This document shows, in pieces, positions 1 to 8,508 of a stretch of 64,000 bases of DNA. This stretch comes from an uncultured Nitrospiraceae bacterium. Lineage in GTDB: Bacteria > Nitrospirota > UBA9217. The translations under genes were made by a program, and so were the position numbers. Numbering within the stretch: position 1 is the stretch's first letter; each line of letters opens with the position of its first letter. The stretch covers positions 691,723 through 755,722 of the forward strand of contig CAYUSP010000003.1 in NCBI GenBank assembly GCA_964447405.1, read 5' to 3'. The notes under the pieces were generated by a model. That model was not told the DNA's origin, did no database searches, and saw only the letters and a program-made list of their open reading frames with translations.

Positions 1-251
1 TCCGGCGACGATCGTTTTCCGTAAAAGACCGCTTCCTTCATGGAAGGATTGTAATAGGCGTTCGTGATGTCGTCGGACAGCTTCGCAAGCAGTGATCTCG
101 CCAGGTCGGTCCGGTCCCTCTTCAGTTCCGCCTGCTCCACATTCCTGCCCGCAGTCGAGAAACTCGTATAGATCACTGTGACAATGATGGCGAGGATCGC
201 AGTCGCCAGCAGTACTTCGAGCAACGTAAATCCCTTGAAACCGAGAGGCAT
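1..251 (-). CDS. gspJ: Type II secretion minor pseudopilin (GspJ-like), N-terminal part only; the gene continues beyond the left edge
   Basis: My own translation from the ATG at 251 gives MPLGFKGFTLLEVLLATAILAIIVTVIYTSF..., a prepilin leader, G/FTLLE cleavage-methylation motif and hydrophobic helix. It follows gspI in the operon order. Confidence 0.6.
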   Translation of the reverse strand, partial: MPLGFKGFTLLEVLLATAILAIIVTVIYTSFSTAGRNVEQAELKRDRTDLARSLLAKLSDDITNAYYNPSMKEAVFYGKRSSP

Positions 252-300
252 GAAGCGTAAGGGGAAATCAGAGCACCTACAGGATTGATTACTGTTCTCC

Positions 301-332
301 ACCCCTGGCCCCTGGCCCCTGACCCCTGACCC
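301..332 (-). repeat. G-run tract on the mRNA-sense strand: GGGTCAGGGGTCAGGGGCCAGGGGCCAGGGG (5 G-runs, 3-nt loops)
   Basis: Read directly from the sequence. It lies between the gspI stop (337) and the gspJ start (251). Confidence 0.9.
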
Positions 333-336
333 TTTG

Positions 337-684
337 CTACTCATACCCCACCAGCTCTACCATTTCCTGCCGGTCCCCCTCTTTCCAGAGAACAGCAATG
401 CGCACCTCCATGATCTGGGTAAGGGGAGTGGGTGAAATCACCTTCTTCCATAGATACTCTTTGAACTCCACTTCGGGGAACTCCCCCTCATCCTCCGCAG
501 GAAGGCGCGGCCGCTTTACGATCGTGTCCGTCATCACCCGCTTCGCAAGAAGCGTGGCCGTGGTGATCCGCTCTGCTGCCAGGACGTTCTGCATGCTCCT
601 GTTTTTGAGCCCCAGCAGTGAGACCAGTACAAACGCCATGATCGAAACGGCCATCATCACTTCGAGAAGGGTGAAACCTTTCAT
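337..684 (-). CDS. gspI: Type II secretion minor pseudopilin GspI
   Basis: ORF 337..771 trimmed to the ATG at 684: MKGFTLLEVMMAVSIMAFVLVSLLG is a prepilin motif. Its ~115-aa size and operon position fit GspI. Confidence 0.75.
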   Translation of the reverse strand: MKGFTLLEVMMAVSIMAFVLVSLLGLKNRSMQNVLAAERITTATLLAKRVMTDTIVKRPRLPAEDEGEFPEVEFKEYLWKKVISPTPLTQIMEVRIAVLWKEGDRQEMVELVGYE

Positions 685-727
685 TCCTTGAGGGAAGGAT
701 TGAAATCCGGCCCGGAGACTCGGTTCT

Positions 728-759
728 CCCCATGCCCCATGACCCCTGCCCCATGACCC
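728..759 (-). repeat. G-run tract on the mRNA-sense strand: GGGTCATGGGGCAGGGGTCATGGGGCATGGGG (5 G-runs)
   Basis: Read directly from the sequence. It lies between the gspH stop (768) and the gspI start (684). Confidence 0.9.
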
Positions 760-767
760 TTGATCCA

Positions 768-1304
768 TCATCGCTCCTCTATCCGTCCTTCGCGGAGCTC
801 CGTATCCCCTGTCAGCGGCCTCACGATCAGGGTGAAAATCTTTTCATCCGCGTCCTTCAGGTAAATAAAGGTCTTCTCCACCCAGCCGTCCGGTGTGAAC
901 TGGATATAATGTTCATCGGAGTGGCTGCCCGCCCGCACATCGCTGAAAGCGGTCTGGCCGGAAAGGATTCCTTCGCTCCCCATCTCGGAGTGATATTTTC
1001 TGAACTCCACAGCCTGCTCTCCAGCCAGGCTGAGAACCTCGGCCCAATAGTGTCCGTTGGGAATATCGAACCTTAGGCGGAACACCGCTTTTTTTGCCTG
1101 TGCCTCGTCCCGCAGAAACCGTATGGTGCCAGTCAAGTGGCGCGCGCTCTGCTTGAGGTTTGCTTCTCCCATGTCCCCGAGGCGGGAGATCACGAGCGAA
1201 AGCATCACTCCCAATACGACAATAACAACCGCAAGTTCTACGAGTGTGAATCCGCGGGGGCTGTTCCGTAACCCGTGATCCCTGACCCCTGACCCTTGAC
1301 CCAT
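768..1304 (-). CDS. gspH: Type II secretion minor pseudopilin GspH
   Basis: 178-aa ORF with ...SPRGFTLVELAVVIVVLGVMLSLV, a prepilin cleavage motif. There is no alternative in-frame start between 1304 and the GFTLVE motif, so the G-rich repeat encodes part of an 18-aa leader. Confidence 0.75.
   Translation of the reverse strand: MGQGSGVRDHGLRNSPRGFTLVELAVVIVVLGVMLSLVISRLGDMGEANLKQSARHLTGTIRFLRDEAQAKKAVFRLRFDIPNGHYWAEVLSLAGEQAVEFRKYHSEMGSEGILSGQTAFSDVRAGSHSDEHYIQFTPDGWVEKTFIYLKDADEKIFTLIVRPLTGDTELREGRIEER
1272..1302 (-). repeat. G-run tract on the mRNA-sense strand: GGGTCAAGGGTCAGGGGTCAGGGATCACGGG (5 G-runs)
   Basis: Read directly from the sequence. It overlaps the gspH start codon and its first codons. 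Confidence 0.9.
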
Positions 1305-1310
1305 GGCAAG

Positions 1311-1751
1311 CTACTCTATCTTCCAGCTCTGGATATCGGCATTCTTGCCCTCGCCGCCCGGCTCGTTGTCAGCGCCGTAGGAGATGATTTCATATTCTCT
1401 GCCTTCGCTTCCCGGCGATAGATACACGTAGTCCTTGTCCCACGGGTCCTTGGGAATGCGCGCCGGCTTCAGATAGCCGCCCTCGCGCCACTTCGGCGGG
1501 ACGCGGCCTGTTTCCGGCTTCCTGATCAGGGCGTCAAACCCCTGCTCCGTGGAAGGATACGATCCATTGTCGAGTTTGTAAGCATCCAACGCGCTTTCCA
1601 GCGACCGGATCTGCACTTTTGCCGTCCCGATCTTCGCCTTTTCCTCCTGCCCCAGAATGCGGGGAAGGACCAGTCCCGCAAGCAGACCGAGGATAATGAT
1701 CACCACCATGATCTCGATGAGGGTGAAACCCTTTTGATTTCTTGTCTTCAT
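1311..1751 (-). CDS. gspG: Type II secretion major pseudopilin GspG
   Basis: ORF trimmed to the ATG at 1751, preceded by AAAGGAGA. MKTRNQKGFTLIEIMVVIIILGLLAGLVLPR plus ...DPWDKDYVYLSPG...ISYGADNEPGGEG is typical of GspG. Confidence 0.9.
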   Translation of the reverse strand: MKTRNQKGFTLIEIMVVIIILGLLAGLVLPRILGQEEKAKIGTAKVQIRSLESALDAYKLDNGSYPSTEQGFDALIRKPETGRVPPKWREGGYLKPARIPKDPWDKDYVYLSPGSEGREYEIISYGADNEPGGEGKNADIQSWKIE

Positions 1752-1841
1752 ACCGAGTCTCCTTTTACCACCTGACAATATCCGGTTTTCCTTGCCCCCT
1801 GACCCTTGCTCCTTGACCCTGATTTCCAAACCCTGCCGTTA

Positions 1842-3062
1842 TCATCTCAGCCCCGAGCTCATCTCAAGCATAGGCAGCATGATGGCGATGACAATGAAAC
1901 CGATGATCAGGCCCATCACCAGGATGATCACCGGTTCCAGGAGCGCCAGAAACCCGGTGATGCGCGTCTCCACGGTGCGGTCGAACGAATCCGAGATCTT
2001 GAGTAGCATTTTTTCGAGTTCACCGCTCTTCTCGCCCACGGCAACCATCTGCACGACCACGGGCGGGAACAGGCCGCTCCTGCGCAGCGGGTCCGCGATG
2101 GGCTCGCCTTCACGTACGTTGTCGCGGGCCTTCTGGACCGCATTCGCCAGCACGGTATTCCCCACTACATTTCTGACAATATCAAGGGCAGTCAGCGTAG
2201 GAACTCCGCTCTGGAGCAGCGTGCCCAGTGTCCGCGTGAACCGGGATACCGTGATCATGCGGATAAGCCCGCCGAACACGGGAATACGCAGCAGCCAGGC
2301 GTCAACGGCCTCTCTTCCCGCTTGCGTGCCGATATATCTCCGGAAATAGAATATCCCCAGGCCAAGCGCCAGCAGGATCGCCCACCAGTAAGAGGAGAGC
2401 AGCCGCACGATCCCAAGCAGCATGAGCGTCACGAACGGAAGCTGCTGTTTCGTGTTCTCGAACATGCCCACGACGCGCGGCATTACAAAGCTGAACACGA
2501 AGAACAGCATGCCTGCGCCGATGATCGTCATGAACGCGGGATAGGCAAGGGCCGCTGTGATCCTGCCGCGGAACCGCACCTGCTCGTCCAGAAAATCCGC
2601 CAACCGGTCAAGGGTTATCTCAAGAGTCCCGCTCGCTTCACCAGCCGAGACCATGTTGACATAGAGCGGCGAAAAGACCTGCGGATTATCCTTGAGTGCA
2701 TCCGCAAGCGATGCGCCTTCGCGTACCCTGTCGCGCACCGCGGAGAGCGCGGCCTTCAGGGCCTCGGTCTCCTCCTGGTCCACCAGCACGGTCAGAGCAT
2801 CCATCAGGGGGAGCCCCGATGACAACAGTGTCGCAAGCTGCCGCGTGGAGGTGGCCAGGTCGCCGAGACGCACCTTTCGCCTGAACACGGTGGTTGATGC
2901 CCCCCTGCGGGCAGCCTGGGCAGCGTCCCCTTCGCGGATCTCAAGAACGATGATGCCGTCTTTCTTGAGCTTCGTCCGGACGGTCTTGAGGCTTTCCCCG
3001 TCCTGGGCACCGGATATCTTCTTTCCCTGGCTGGTAACGCCTTTGTATTCGTAGACCGGCAT
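1842..3062 (-). CDS. gspF: Type II secretion inner-membrane platform protein GspF
   Basis: 406 aa. The MPVYEYKG... start and duplicated T2SSF-type domains with TM helices are typical GspF/PilC features. Confidence 0.9.
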   Translation of the reverse strand: MPVYEYKGVTSQGKKISGAQDGESLKTVRTKLKKDGIIVLEIREGDAAQAARRGASTTVFRRKVRLGDLATSTRQLATLLSSGLPLMDALTVLVDQEETEALKAALSAVRDRVREGASLADALKDNPQVFSPLYVNMVSAGEASGTLEITLDRLADFLDEQVRFRGRITAALAYPAFMTIIGAGMLFFVFSFVMPRVVGMFENTKQQLPFVTLMLLGIVRLLSSYWWAILLALGLGIFYFRRYIGTQAGREAVDAWLLRIPVFGGLIRMITVSRFTRTLGTLLQSGVPTLTALDIVRNVVGNTVLANAVQKARDNVREGEPIADPLRRSGLFPPVVVQMVAVGEKSGELEKMLLKISDSFDRTVETRITGFLALLEPVIILVMGLIIGFIVIAIMLPMLEMSSGLR

Positions 3063-3086
3063 GGTTTTAATTCAGTTGGGGGTCGC

Positions 3087-3157
3087 GAGTTCGTAGTTCG
3101 GAGATAAAGACCGAAACTGCGATTCTCACTTCCATCTCCGAACTCCAAACTCCGAAC
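3087..3157. repeat. Intercistronic hairpin element: arms GAGTTCGTAGTTCGGAGAT / ATCTCCGAACTCCAAACTCCGAAC, 28-nt loop
   Basis: The inner 11 bp (AGTTCGGAGAT/ATCTCCGAACT) pair perfectly. The arms are tandem repeats of an (A)GTTCGGA-like unit. The element starts 5 nt after the gspE stop. Confidence 0.8.
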
Positions 3158-3162
3158 TTACC

Positions 3163-4848
3163 TCACGTTTCCTTCTGCGTCACCCTCACTACTTCGTCAA
3201 CTGACGTGATGCCGGCGAGGATCTTTTCTGCGCCGTCCTGGCGGAGCGAACGCATGCCTTTTTCCATAGCCAGGGCCTTGATCATGGAAGCATCCGAGTT
3301 CTTCATAATCATCTGGCGCATCTCGTCATCCACCGTCAGGAGCTCATAGATCGCGCTCCTGCCAAAATAGCCGGTGTGGAAGCAGGCTTCGCACCCTTTT
3401 GCCCGATACACGGTGATGCCCGCGGCTCCTGTCCTGATCTCGAGTTCCGCGATCTCGCCGGCGGTCATCTGGTATGGCTCACGGCACTCTTTGCACAGCA
3501 CGCGCACGAGCCTCTGCGCAAGGATCCCCATAACCGACGAGGAAATAAGAAACGGTTCGATCTTCATATCAATCAACCGGGTCACCGCACCGGCGGAATC
3601 ATTCGTATGCAGCGTGGAGAACACCAGGTGTCCGGTGAGCGCGGCCTGGATCGCAATCTCAGCGGTCTCGGAGTCCCGGATCTCGCCCACAAGGATCACG
3701 TCCGGATCCTGACGCAAAACCGAACGGAGCCCCGCGGCAAAGGTGAGATGGATCTTGGCGTTCACCTGGATCTGCCCGATGCCCTTGAGCTGGTACTCGA
3801 CCGGGTCTTCGATGGTGATGATGTTCTTGTCCGGAGAGTTGATCTTCGAGAGCGCCGCGTACAGCGTGGTAGTCTTGCCGCTGCCAGTCGGGCCGGTAAC
3901 GAGAACAATGCCGTGGGGTCGCTCGATCATCGCATTGAACCTGGTAAGGGTATCCCCGGTGAATCCGATCTGATCGAGAGGCAGCAGGGCGCTTTCGCGG
4001 TACAGGAGGCGGAGCACGAGCCGCTCGCCGAACGCGGTGGGAACAATCGAGACACGGATGTCCACATCCTTGCCACCGATCTTGATGCGCATGCCGCCGT
4101 CCTGCGGCAGCCGCCGTTCTGCGATGTTCAGATCGGCCATGATCTTGACGCGCGAAGCGATGCTGGCCTGAAACCGCTTCTGGATCGTGAGAATGTTGTA
4201 CAGGATGCCGTCTATGCGGAACCGCGCGATCATCTCTTTTTCGAAGGGCTCGATGTGAATGTCGCTCGCGCGCTCGCGGATGGCCTGGGACAGGAGCGAA
4301 TTCACCAGCCTGATGATCGGAGCGTCGTCGGTGGCCTCCAGCAGGTCCGCGGGCTCATCGAGCTCCACCGCGAGAAAGGACAGGTCATCCTCCTCCATTT
4401 CCTGGACCGTATCCTCGGCGCGGTTCATGTCCTCGCTGTGAAGGCGGTTGATGGTGTCCAGGATCAGTTCGGACGGGGCAAGCACCAGCGATATATCGGC
4501 GTTGAAAAGGGCCCGGAGATCATCAAGCGTGGCGAGGACAAGCGGTTCGGATGTGGCGGCAACGACCGAGCCGTTCTCCCTGCGGAGCGGGACGGCGATC
4601 GCTTTTTTTGCGTAGGTGATGGGAACCTTGAGGGCCAGCTCGCGGTCGATTTCCCCGAGCTCGCCCTGGAACGGAAGGCGGAGCTGGGCGCCGAGCGCCT
4701 TCAGCACATCGGCCTCCGTCACAAAGTTTAACCGGACCAGCAGCGTACCGATCCGTCCGCCGCGCTTTTTCTGGAGTTCGAGCGCCTTTTTCAGCCGCTC
4801 CGGCGAAAGCCCGGACTCAACAAGTATCTCGCCGAGCAGGCGTCTCAC
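3163..4848 (-). CDS. gspE: Type II secretion ATPase GspE
   Basis: 561 aa. It has an N-terminal T2SE_N-type domain, a Walker A motif (GPTGSGKTTT), and a tetracysteine motif (CKEC...CEAC). Confidence 0.92.
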   Translation of the reverse strand: MRRLLGEILVESGLSPERLKKALELQKKRGGRIGTLLVRLNFVTEADVLKALGAQLRLPFQGELGEIDRELALKVPITYAKKAIAVPLRRENGSVVAATSEPLVLATLDDLRALFNADISLVLAPSELILDTINRLHSEDMNRAEDTVQEMEEDDLSFLAVELDEPADLLEATDDAPIIRLVNSLLSQAIRERASDIHIEPFEKEMIARFRIDGILYNILTIQKRFQASIASRVKIMADLNIAERRLPQDGGMRIKIGGKDVDIRVSIVPTAFGERLVLRLLYRESALLPLDQIGFTGDTLTRFNAMIERPHGIVLVTGPTGSGKTTTLYAALSKINSPDKNIITIEDPVEYQLKGIGQIQVNAKIHLTFAAGLRSVLRQDPDVILVGEIRDSETAEIAIQAALTGHLVFSTLHTNDSAGAVTRLIDMKIEPFLISSSVMGILAQRLVRVLCKECREPYQMTAGEIAELEIRTGAAGITVYRAKGCEACFHTGYFGRSAIYELLTVDDEMRQMIMKNSDASMIKALAMEKGMRSLRQDGAEKILAGITSVDEVVRVTQKET

Positions 4849-6710
4849 CGGGCGCCCTCGGCGGGTCGGCTCGACTCAGGAGTGACCGTCGTCGCGGCGG
4901 GTGCTGACTGCTGTTGGCCAGCAGCCGGCTCCTGCCCAGCCCCTGACTGTTCGCCGGTTGTAGGTTTTTTCTCGTGCGCGCCCGGGAGGCCCCGGTCCTT
5001 TTTGTCAATACGGTATTCCTTGCGGAACTCATCCAGGGATTCGTTCTTGTGCCTCGTAAGTTCGCCGGCCTCGGCGTCTCCCTTGATCACGTAGGGCGTA
5101 ATGAAAATCATGAGGTTCGTCTTCTCGATCTTGGTCGTCTTGTATTTAAAGAACCATCCCAGGATCGGGATATCGCCCAGCAGCGGCACCTTCACGGTTG
5201 ACGCTGTCGCATTGTCCCTGATCAGCCCGCCGATCACCATGGTTTCCTTGTCTTTCACTACGACGGTGGTGCTTGCCGAACGCTTGCTCGTACTCGGGCC
5301 CACCAGGTTCGGATTCAATCCGGCAGTCGCGATCACGTTGGATATCTCAAGGTTCAGCTCGAGCTTGACGTTGTCCTCCGAGGTGATCTGCGGCGTCAGT
5401 TCCATGGTCAGGCCGACGTCCTTTCGATCGATGGCGGTCAGGATGGAGCCGGCCGTTGCCGGAGTCTGGGTTTGACTGCCGATGAACGGCACATTCTCGC
5501 CGACCATGATCTTGGCCTTTTGATTGTCCGTGGTAAGGATGTTCGGCGTGGACAGCACATTCACGTCGCCGTCAGTCTGCACCGCGCGAAGGAGCGCGCC
5601 GATGTTCATGTACTCCACACCTTTAAAAGAGAAGGTACCCTTGACCGCTCCCACGGCCAGGCCATTGAAGCCCGCGAATGCGGCAGGTCCGCTGACCGTC
5701 GCGTTGGCGATGCCGCCGAAGTTCGTCCCGCCCACGGCATTCGTGCTGCTGTCGCTCAGTTGATTGACAGCGCGGAACTCGAATCCGAGTTCCCGCTGCT
5801 TTGCCAGACCCATCTCGATGATCGCTGCTTCGACATAGACCTGGCGGCGGCGAATATCAAGTTTCTGGATCACGTCCTTCATGATCTCGAAATCGCCTGG
5901 CGATGCGACAATAATCAGCGAGTTCGTTGTCTTGTCCGCAGTGATGGTGACCGCGCCTTCGAGGATCGTGGACGGTCCCGCGGGCTGCGCCGCTCCTCCC
6001 GCCGGCGGCACCGGCAGCCTGGAGACAAGCGCCTGCATCAGTTTAGCGATGTCCTCGGCGTTTGCGTTCCTCAAATAGTAGACGTTAATCTTGCCTTTCC
6101 CTTCGGGCGCCGCCACGTCCATGGCATGGATCAGGCTTTCGATCTTCCTGATGTTATGCACGGAGTCGGTAATGATGACGGAGTTCGTGGTGGGATAGGC
6201 GATCAGCGTGCCGTCTTTGGTAACGAGGGGGGAAATCGTTCGCACGATCTCCTGCGGATTGACGAAACTCATGCGGATGAGCTTGGTTACGTACCCCTCC
6301 CCGTTCATGCTGCCATCCTGCATCACCTTGAGCCCGCTCTGCCTGGCCGAGGCCGCGGGAATGATGCGGATCACCGCTCCGTCCTCAATGGCTGTAAACC
6401 CCTTGATTTCGAGCGCCGAAAGGAACACCTGGTATGCCTCGTCGGGTGAGATCTTCGTCGGCGTCATGAGCGTGATCTTGCCCACCACGCGTTCATCCAG
6501 GATGAAGTTCCTGCGCGTAAGCTCGCTCATCACTTTGATGAGGGCGTTGATGTCGATGTTGGTGAAGTTCAGGGTGATGTAATCCTCGCCGGATCTTGCC
6601 TTCTGAAGATCGGCCTGATCGGGCGGGGCAACGGGCTTCTTCTCTTCAGCGTTAGCCGCGGATATGCCCATGAGCCCCATGAGAAGCAGCAGGGCCGCTG
6701 TTCTTTTCAC
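4845..6710 (-). CDS. gspD: Type II secretion secretin GspD
   Basis: 621 aa. Signal peptide MKRTAALLLLMGLMGISAANA, N-domains and a secretin C-domain (VPLLGDIPILGWFF). It has a low-complexity Gln/Ala/Pro-rich tail. There is a 4-nt overlap with gspE. Confidence 0.92.
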   Translation of the reverse strand: MKRTAALLLLMGLMGISAANAEEKKPVAPPDQADLQKARSGEDYITLNFTNIDINALIKVMSELTRRNFILDERVVGKITLMTPTKISPDEAYQVFLSALEIKGFTAIEDGAVIRIIPAASARQSGLKVMQDGSMNGEGYVTKLIRMSFVNPQEIVRTISPLVTKDGTLIAYPTTNSVIITDSVHNIRKIESLIHAMDVAAPEGKGKINVYYLRNANAEDIAKLMQALVSRLPVPPAGGAAQPAGPSTILEGAVTITADKTTNSLIIVASPGDFEIMKDVIQKLDIRRRQVYVEAAIIEMGLAKQRELGFEFRAVNQLSDSSTNAVGGTNFGGIANATVSGPAAFAGFNGLAVGAVKGTFSFKGVEYMNIGALLRAVQTDGDVNVLSTPNILTTDNQKAKIMVGENVPFIGSQTQTPATAGSILTAIDRKDVGLTMELTPQITSEDNVKLELNLEISNVIATAGLNPNLVGPSTSKRSASTTVVVKDKETMVIGGLIRDNATASTVKVPLLGDIPILGWFFKYKTTKIEKTNLMIFITPYVIKGDAEAGELTRHKNESLDEFRKEYRIDKKDRGLPGAHEKKPTTGEQSGAGQEPAAGQQQSAPAATTVTPESSRPAEGAR

Positions 6711-6748
6711 TCGTCGCCTCCGTGATTTGAATTGTACAGGAAAATACG

Positions 6749-6829
6749 AACCGGAGAATCGGGGAATGGGGGCCTCGGAAAGGTTCTCGGGCCAATATTC
6801 CGTAGCTCCCGTTCCCCGGTTCCCCGGTT
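6749..6829. repeat. Intercistronic hairpin element: arms AACCGGAGAATCGGGGAATGGG / CCCGTTCCCCGGTTCCCCGGTT, ~37-nt loop
   Basis: 19 of 22 positions are complementary. The arms are tandem CCGGGGAA-like units. The element starts 6 nt after the gspC stop and lies before the gspD start. Confidence 0.8.
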
Positions 6830-6835
6830 TATGTG

Positions 6836-7660
6836 TTAGCGTATCTCGTAGTTCAGCGTCTGGCGCTGACCGCCGCGGATGAGGTCAATGGAGATGTACC
6901 GCTCGTTCCTGAGTCCCTGGTAAAGCTGGAAGAACTTGGAGGGATCGTCAACATCCTGCGAATTGACCCGCTGGATCACATCATTGTTCTGGATCCCGAT
7001 CTTCTCATAGATGCTGCCCGGCACGATCTCGCTGATCTTGAACCCCACGGTCTTTCCCTGCTCCATATGGGGCAGCGCACGCGCCTGCGTCAGTATCTGG
7101 CTCATGTTTTCCGTGCTCGCGATCATTTCTTTCTGGTCCACCATCCATTTGCCATCGGAGAGCTTTTTTACACCGTTTACGCCCGGCTTTGGGATGGAGA
7201 CGATCTTGGTGTCGTCGATGATCTGGATGTCGACGGTCCCGCCATCCGCTTTCTGGAGCGTGACCTTGTCGCGGATAACCTTTATGATCTGCGAACCATC
7301 AGGCAGCTTCTGGCGCGTCCGGTAAAAAGCCTGGCCCGTGCTGTCCTCAAGCACTGCGCCGGAAAAATTCGCGCCCTCCACCGTCCCGATGAGCTTGTAG
7401 GTGGTGGCTTCGATTGCTGTCGCTCCCCCGGAAGGCCCTTTTCCATCACCGAAGATCCCGCGTTCAAGGATGGAGGAATAATCGGAGAGCTCGCGCTTCG
7501 GCTCGATCGCTGGCCGTTCACGGTCCAAGGGAGCCGCGTACTTCGGAGCAGCATCAAGGCTCCTGCCGATCATCGCATCCACCGTATCAGCAAGAAAATA
7601 AGCTGAAAACGTGAGAAGAGCAATGAGAACAAGCGTATACAGTGTTTTTTCTTCTTTCAC
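6836..7660 (-). CDS. gspC: GspC-like type II secretion protein (N-terminal TM helix, C-terminal PDZ domain)
   Basis: 274 aa with a GTG start, TM segment LYTLVLIALLTFSAYFL and a PDZ-like C-terminus (GFKISEIVPGSIYEKIGIQNNDVIQRVN). It sits immediately upstream of gspD. Confidence 0.7.
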   Translation of the reverse strand: MKEEKTLYTLVLIALLTFSAYFLADTVDAMIGRSLDAAPKYAAPLDRERPAIEPKRELSDYSSILERGIFGDGKGPSGGATAIEATTYKLIGTVEGANFSGAVLEDSTGQAFYRTRQKLPDGSQIIKVIRDKVTLQKADGGTVDIQIIDDTKIVSIPKPGVNGVKKLSDGKWMVDQKEMIASTENMSQILTQARALPHMEQGKTVGFKISEIVPGSIYEKIGIQNNDVIQRVNSQDVDDPSKFFQLYQGLRNERYISIDLIRGGQRQTLNYEIR

Positions 7661-7702
7661 GACAGAAATGCCCCCCTAATGCTTCTTACCTCGTCATAAA
7701 AA

Positions 7703-7743
7703 ATTATACTCTCTGGCGGGTTTCTTGTCAATTGTTAACAATT
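7703..7743 (-). promoter_or_regulatory. Consensus sigma-70 promoter (TTGACA-17-TATAAT) for the gsp operon, with an overlapping 14-bp palindrome AATTGTTAACAATT
   Basis: On the minus strand, -35 is at 7726-7731 and -10 at 7703-7708, with a 17-nt spacer. The palindrome (7730-7743) overlaps the -35 box. The -10 box is ~45 nt upstream of the gspC start. Confidence 0.6.
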
Positions 7744-7815
7744 TGAGAGTAAAAGGTTTTTCCCTGTCCTGGCCGCTTCTGCAATGCTTTCCGAACAGCC
7801 GTCCGGTTCAATCGA

Positions 7816-8499
7816 TCATGCAATGAAGAACCCCTGGTAAAACCGCTCTGCCCGCTCACGGTAGCCGGGAAATATCCGTTCCGAGTCAATGGCAACGTCG
7901 GAAACATCGATGCCCTTCTCGTTCTTCAGCCATTCCTGCACCATGGCAGGAGTGACCTCGATGTGGAATTGGAGCGCATACACCCTGTCACGAAACAGGA
8001 AAGCCTGGTTCTGATAGAGCTCCGAAGATGCGAGGCATACAGCTCCAGCAGGAAGATCGAACGTGTCGCCATGCCATTGGAAGACCTGGGCACGGTCCCG
8101 GCCTGGTATCGTGAGAGCGGACATACCGGGATCTTTCAATCCGTCGCGCGTCAGTTCAACTTCGGACCATCCAATCTCCTTGCGAGAGCCGGGATAGACA
8201 CGGCTGCCGAGCACATGTGCGATCATCTGCGCACCAAGGCAGATTCCGAGTACATGCTTGTCCATTTTTATGGCCCGATCAATCAGCAGTGCCTCGTGTA
8301 CGAGATGGGGATAGGTAAGCATTTCGTACACCGCCATGGGTCCGCCCATGACCAGAAAATGGGAAAATTGATCGGGATCGGGGACATCATCGCCCGCGCT
8401 GAGATCAACGACCGCAAAGGGTATCCCGCGCGCAAGCAAATGCTCCGCGATCGTACCCGGCCCTTCACTGAAGATGTTCTTGATGATGAGAACCCGCAT
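7816..8499 (-). CDS. Class I glutamine amidotransferase-like protein (GMP synthase GATase-domain type)
   Basis: 227 aa. The GICLGAQ nucleophile elbow and ...QFHIE motif are typical of the type-1 GATase family. Confidence 0.75.
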   Translation of the reverse strand: MRVLIIKNIFSEGPGTIAEHLLARGIPFAVVDLSAGDDVPDPDQFSHFLVMGGPMAVYEMLTYPHLVHEALLIDRAIKMDKHVLGICLGAQMIAHVLGSRVYPGSRKEIGWSEVELTRDGLKDPGMSALTIPGRDRAQVFQWHGDTFDLPAGAVCLASSELYQNQAFLFRDRVYALQFHIEVTPAMVQEWLKNEKGIDVSDVAIDSERIFPGYRERAERFYQGFFIA

Positions 8500-8508
8500 A
8501 AAGCGCGA

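Noticed and set aside
3376-4731. Long antisense ORFs opposite real genes: 3376..4731(+), 5472..6449(+), 15298..16080(+), 33188..34360(+), 40159..41436(+), 44298..45461(-), 51595..52788(+), 57454..58980(+)
   Set aside because: Each lies entirely within a confidently identified gene on the other strand. The translations are Arg/Gly/His/Asp-rich low-complexity sequences with no recognisable motifs. This is the usual shadow-ORF artefact of GC-rich DNA.
4740-4848. GspE N-terminus (RLLGEILVESGLSPERLKKALELQ) considered as an MshEN-type c-di-GMP-binding motif, linking the T2SS to the HD-GYP regulator
   Set aside because: The match to the published 24-residue motif is imperfect: one residue short in the spacer, and Ser where a hydrophobic residue is expected. 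General T2SE_N domains share this helical pattern. This is too weak to claim.
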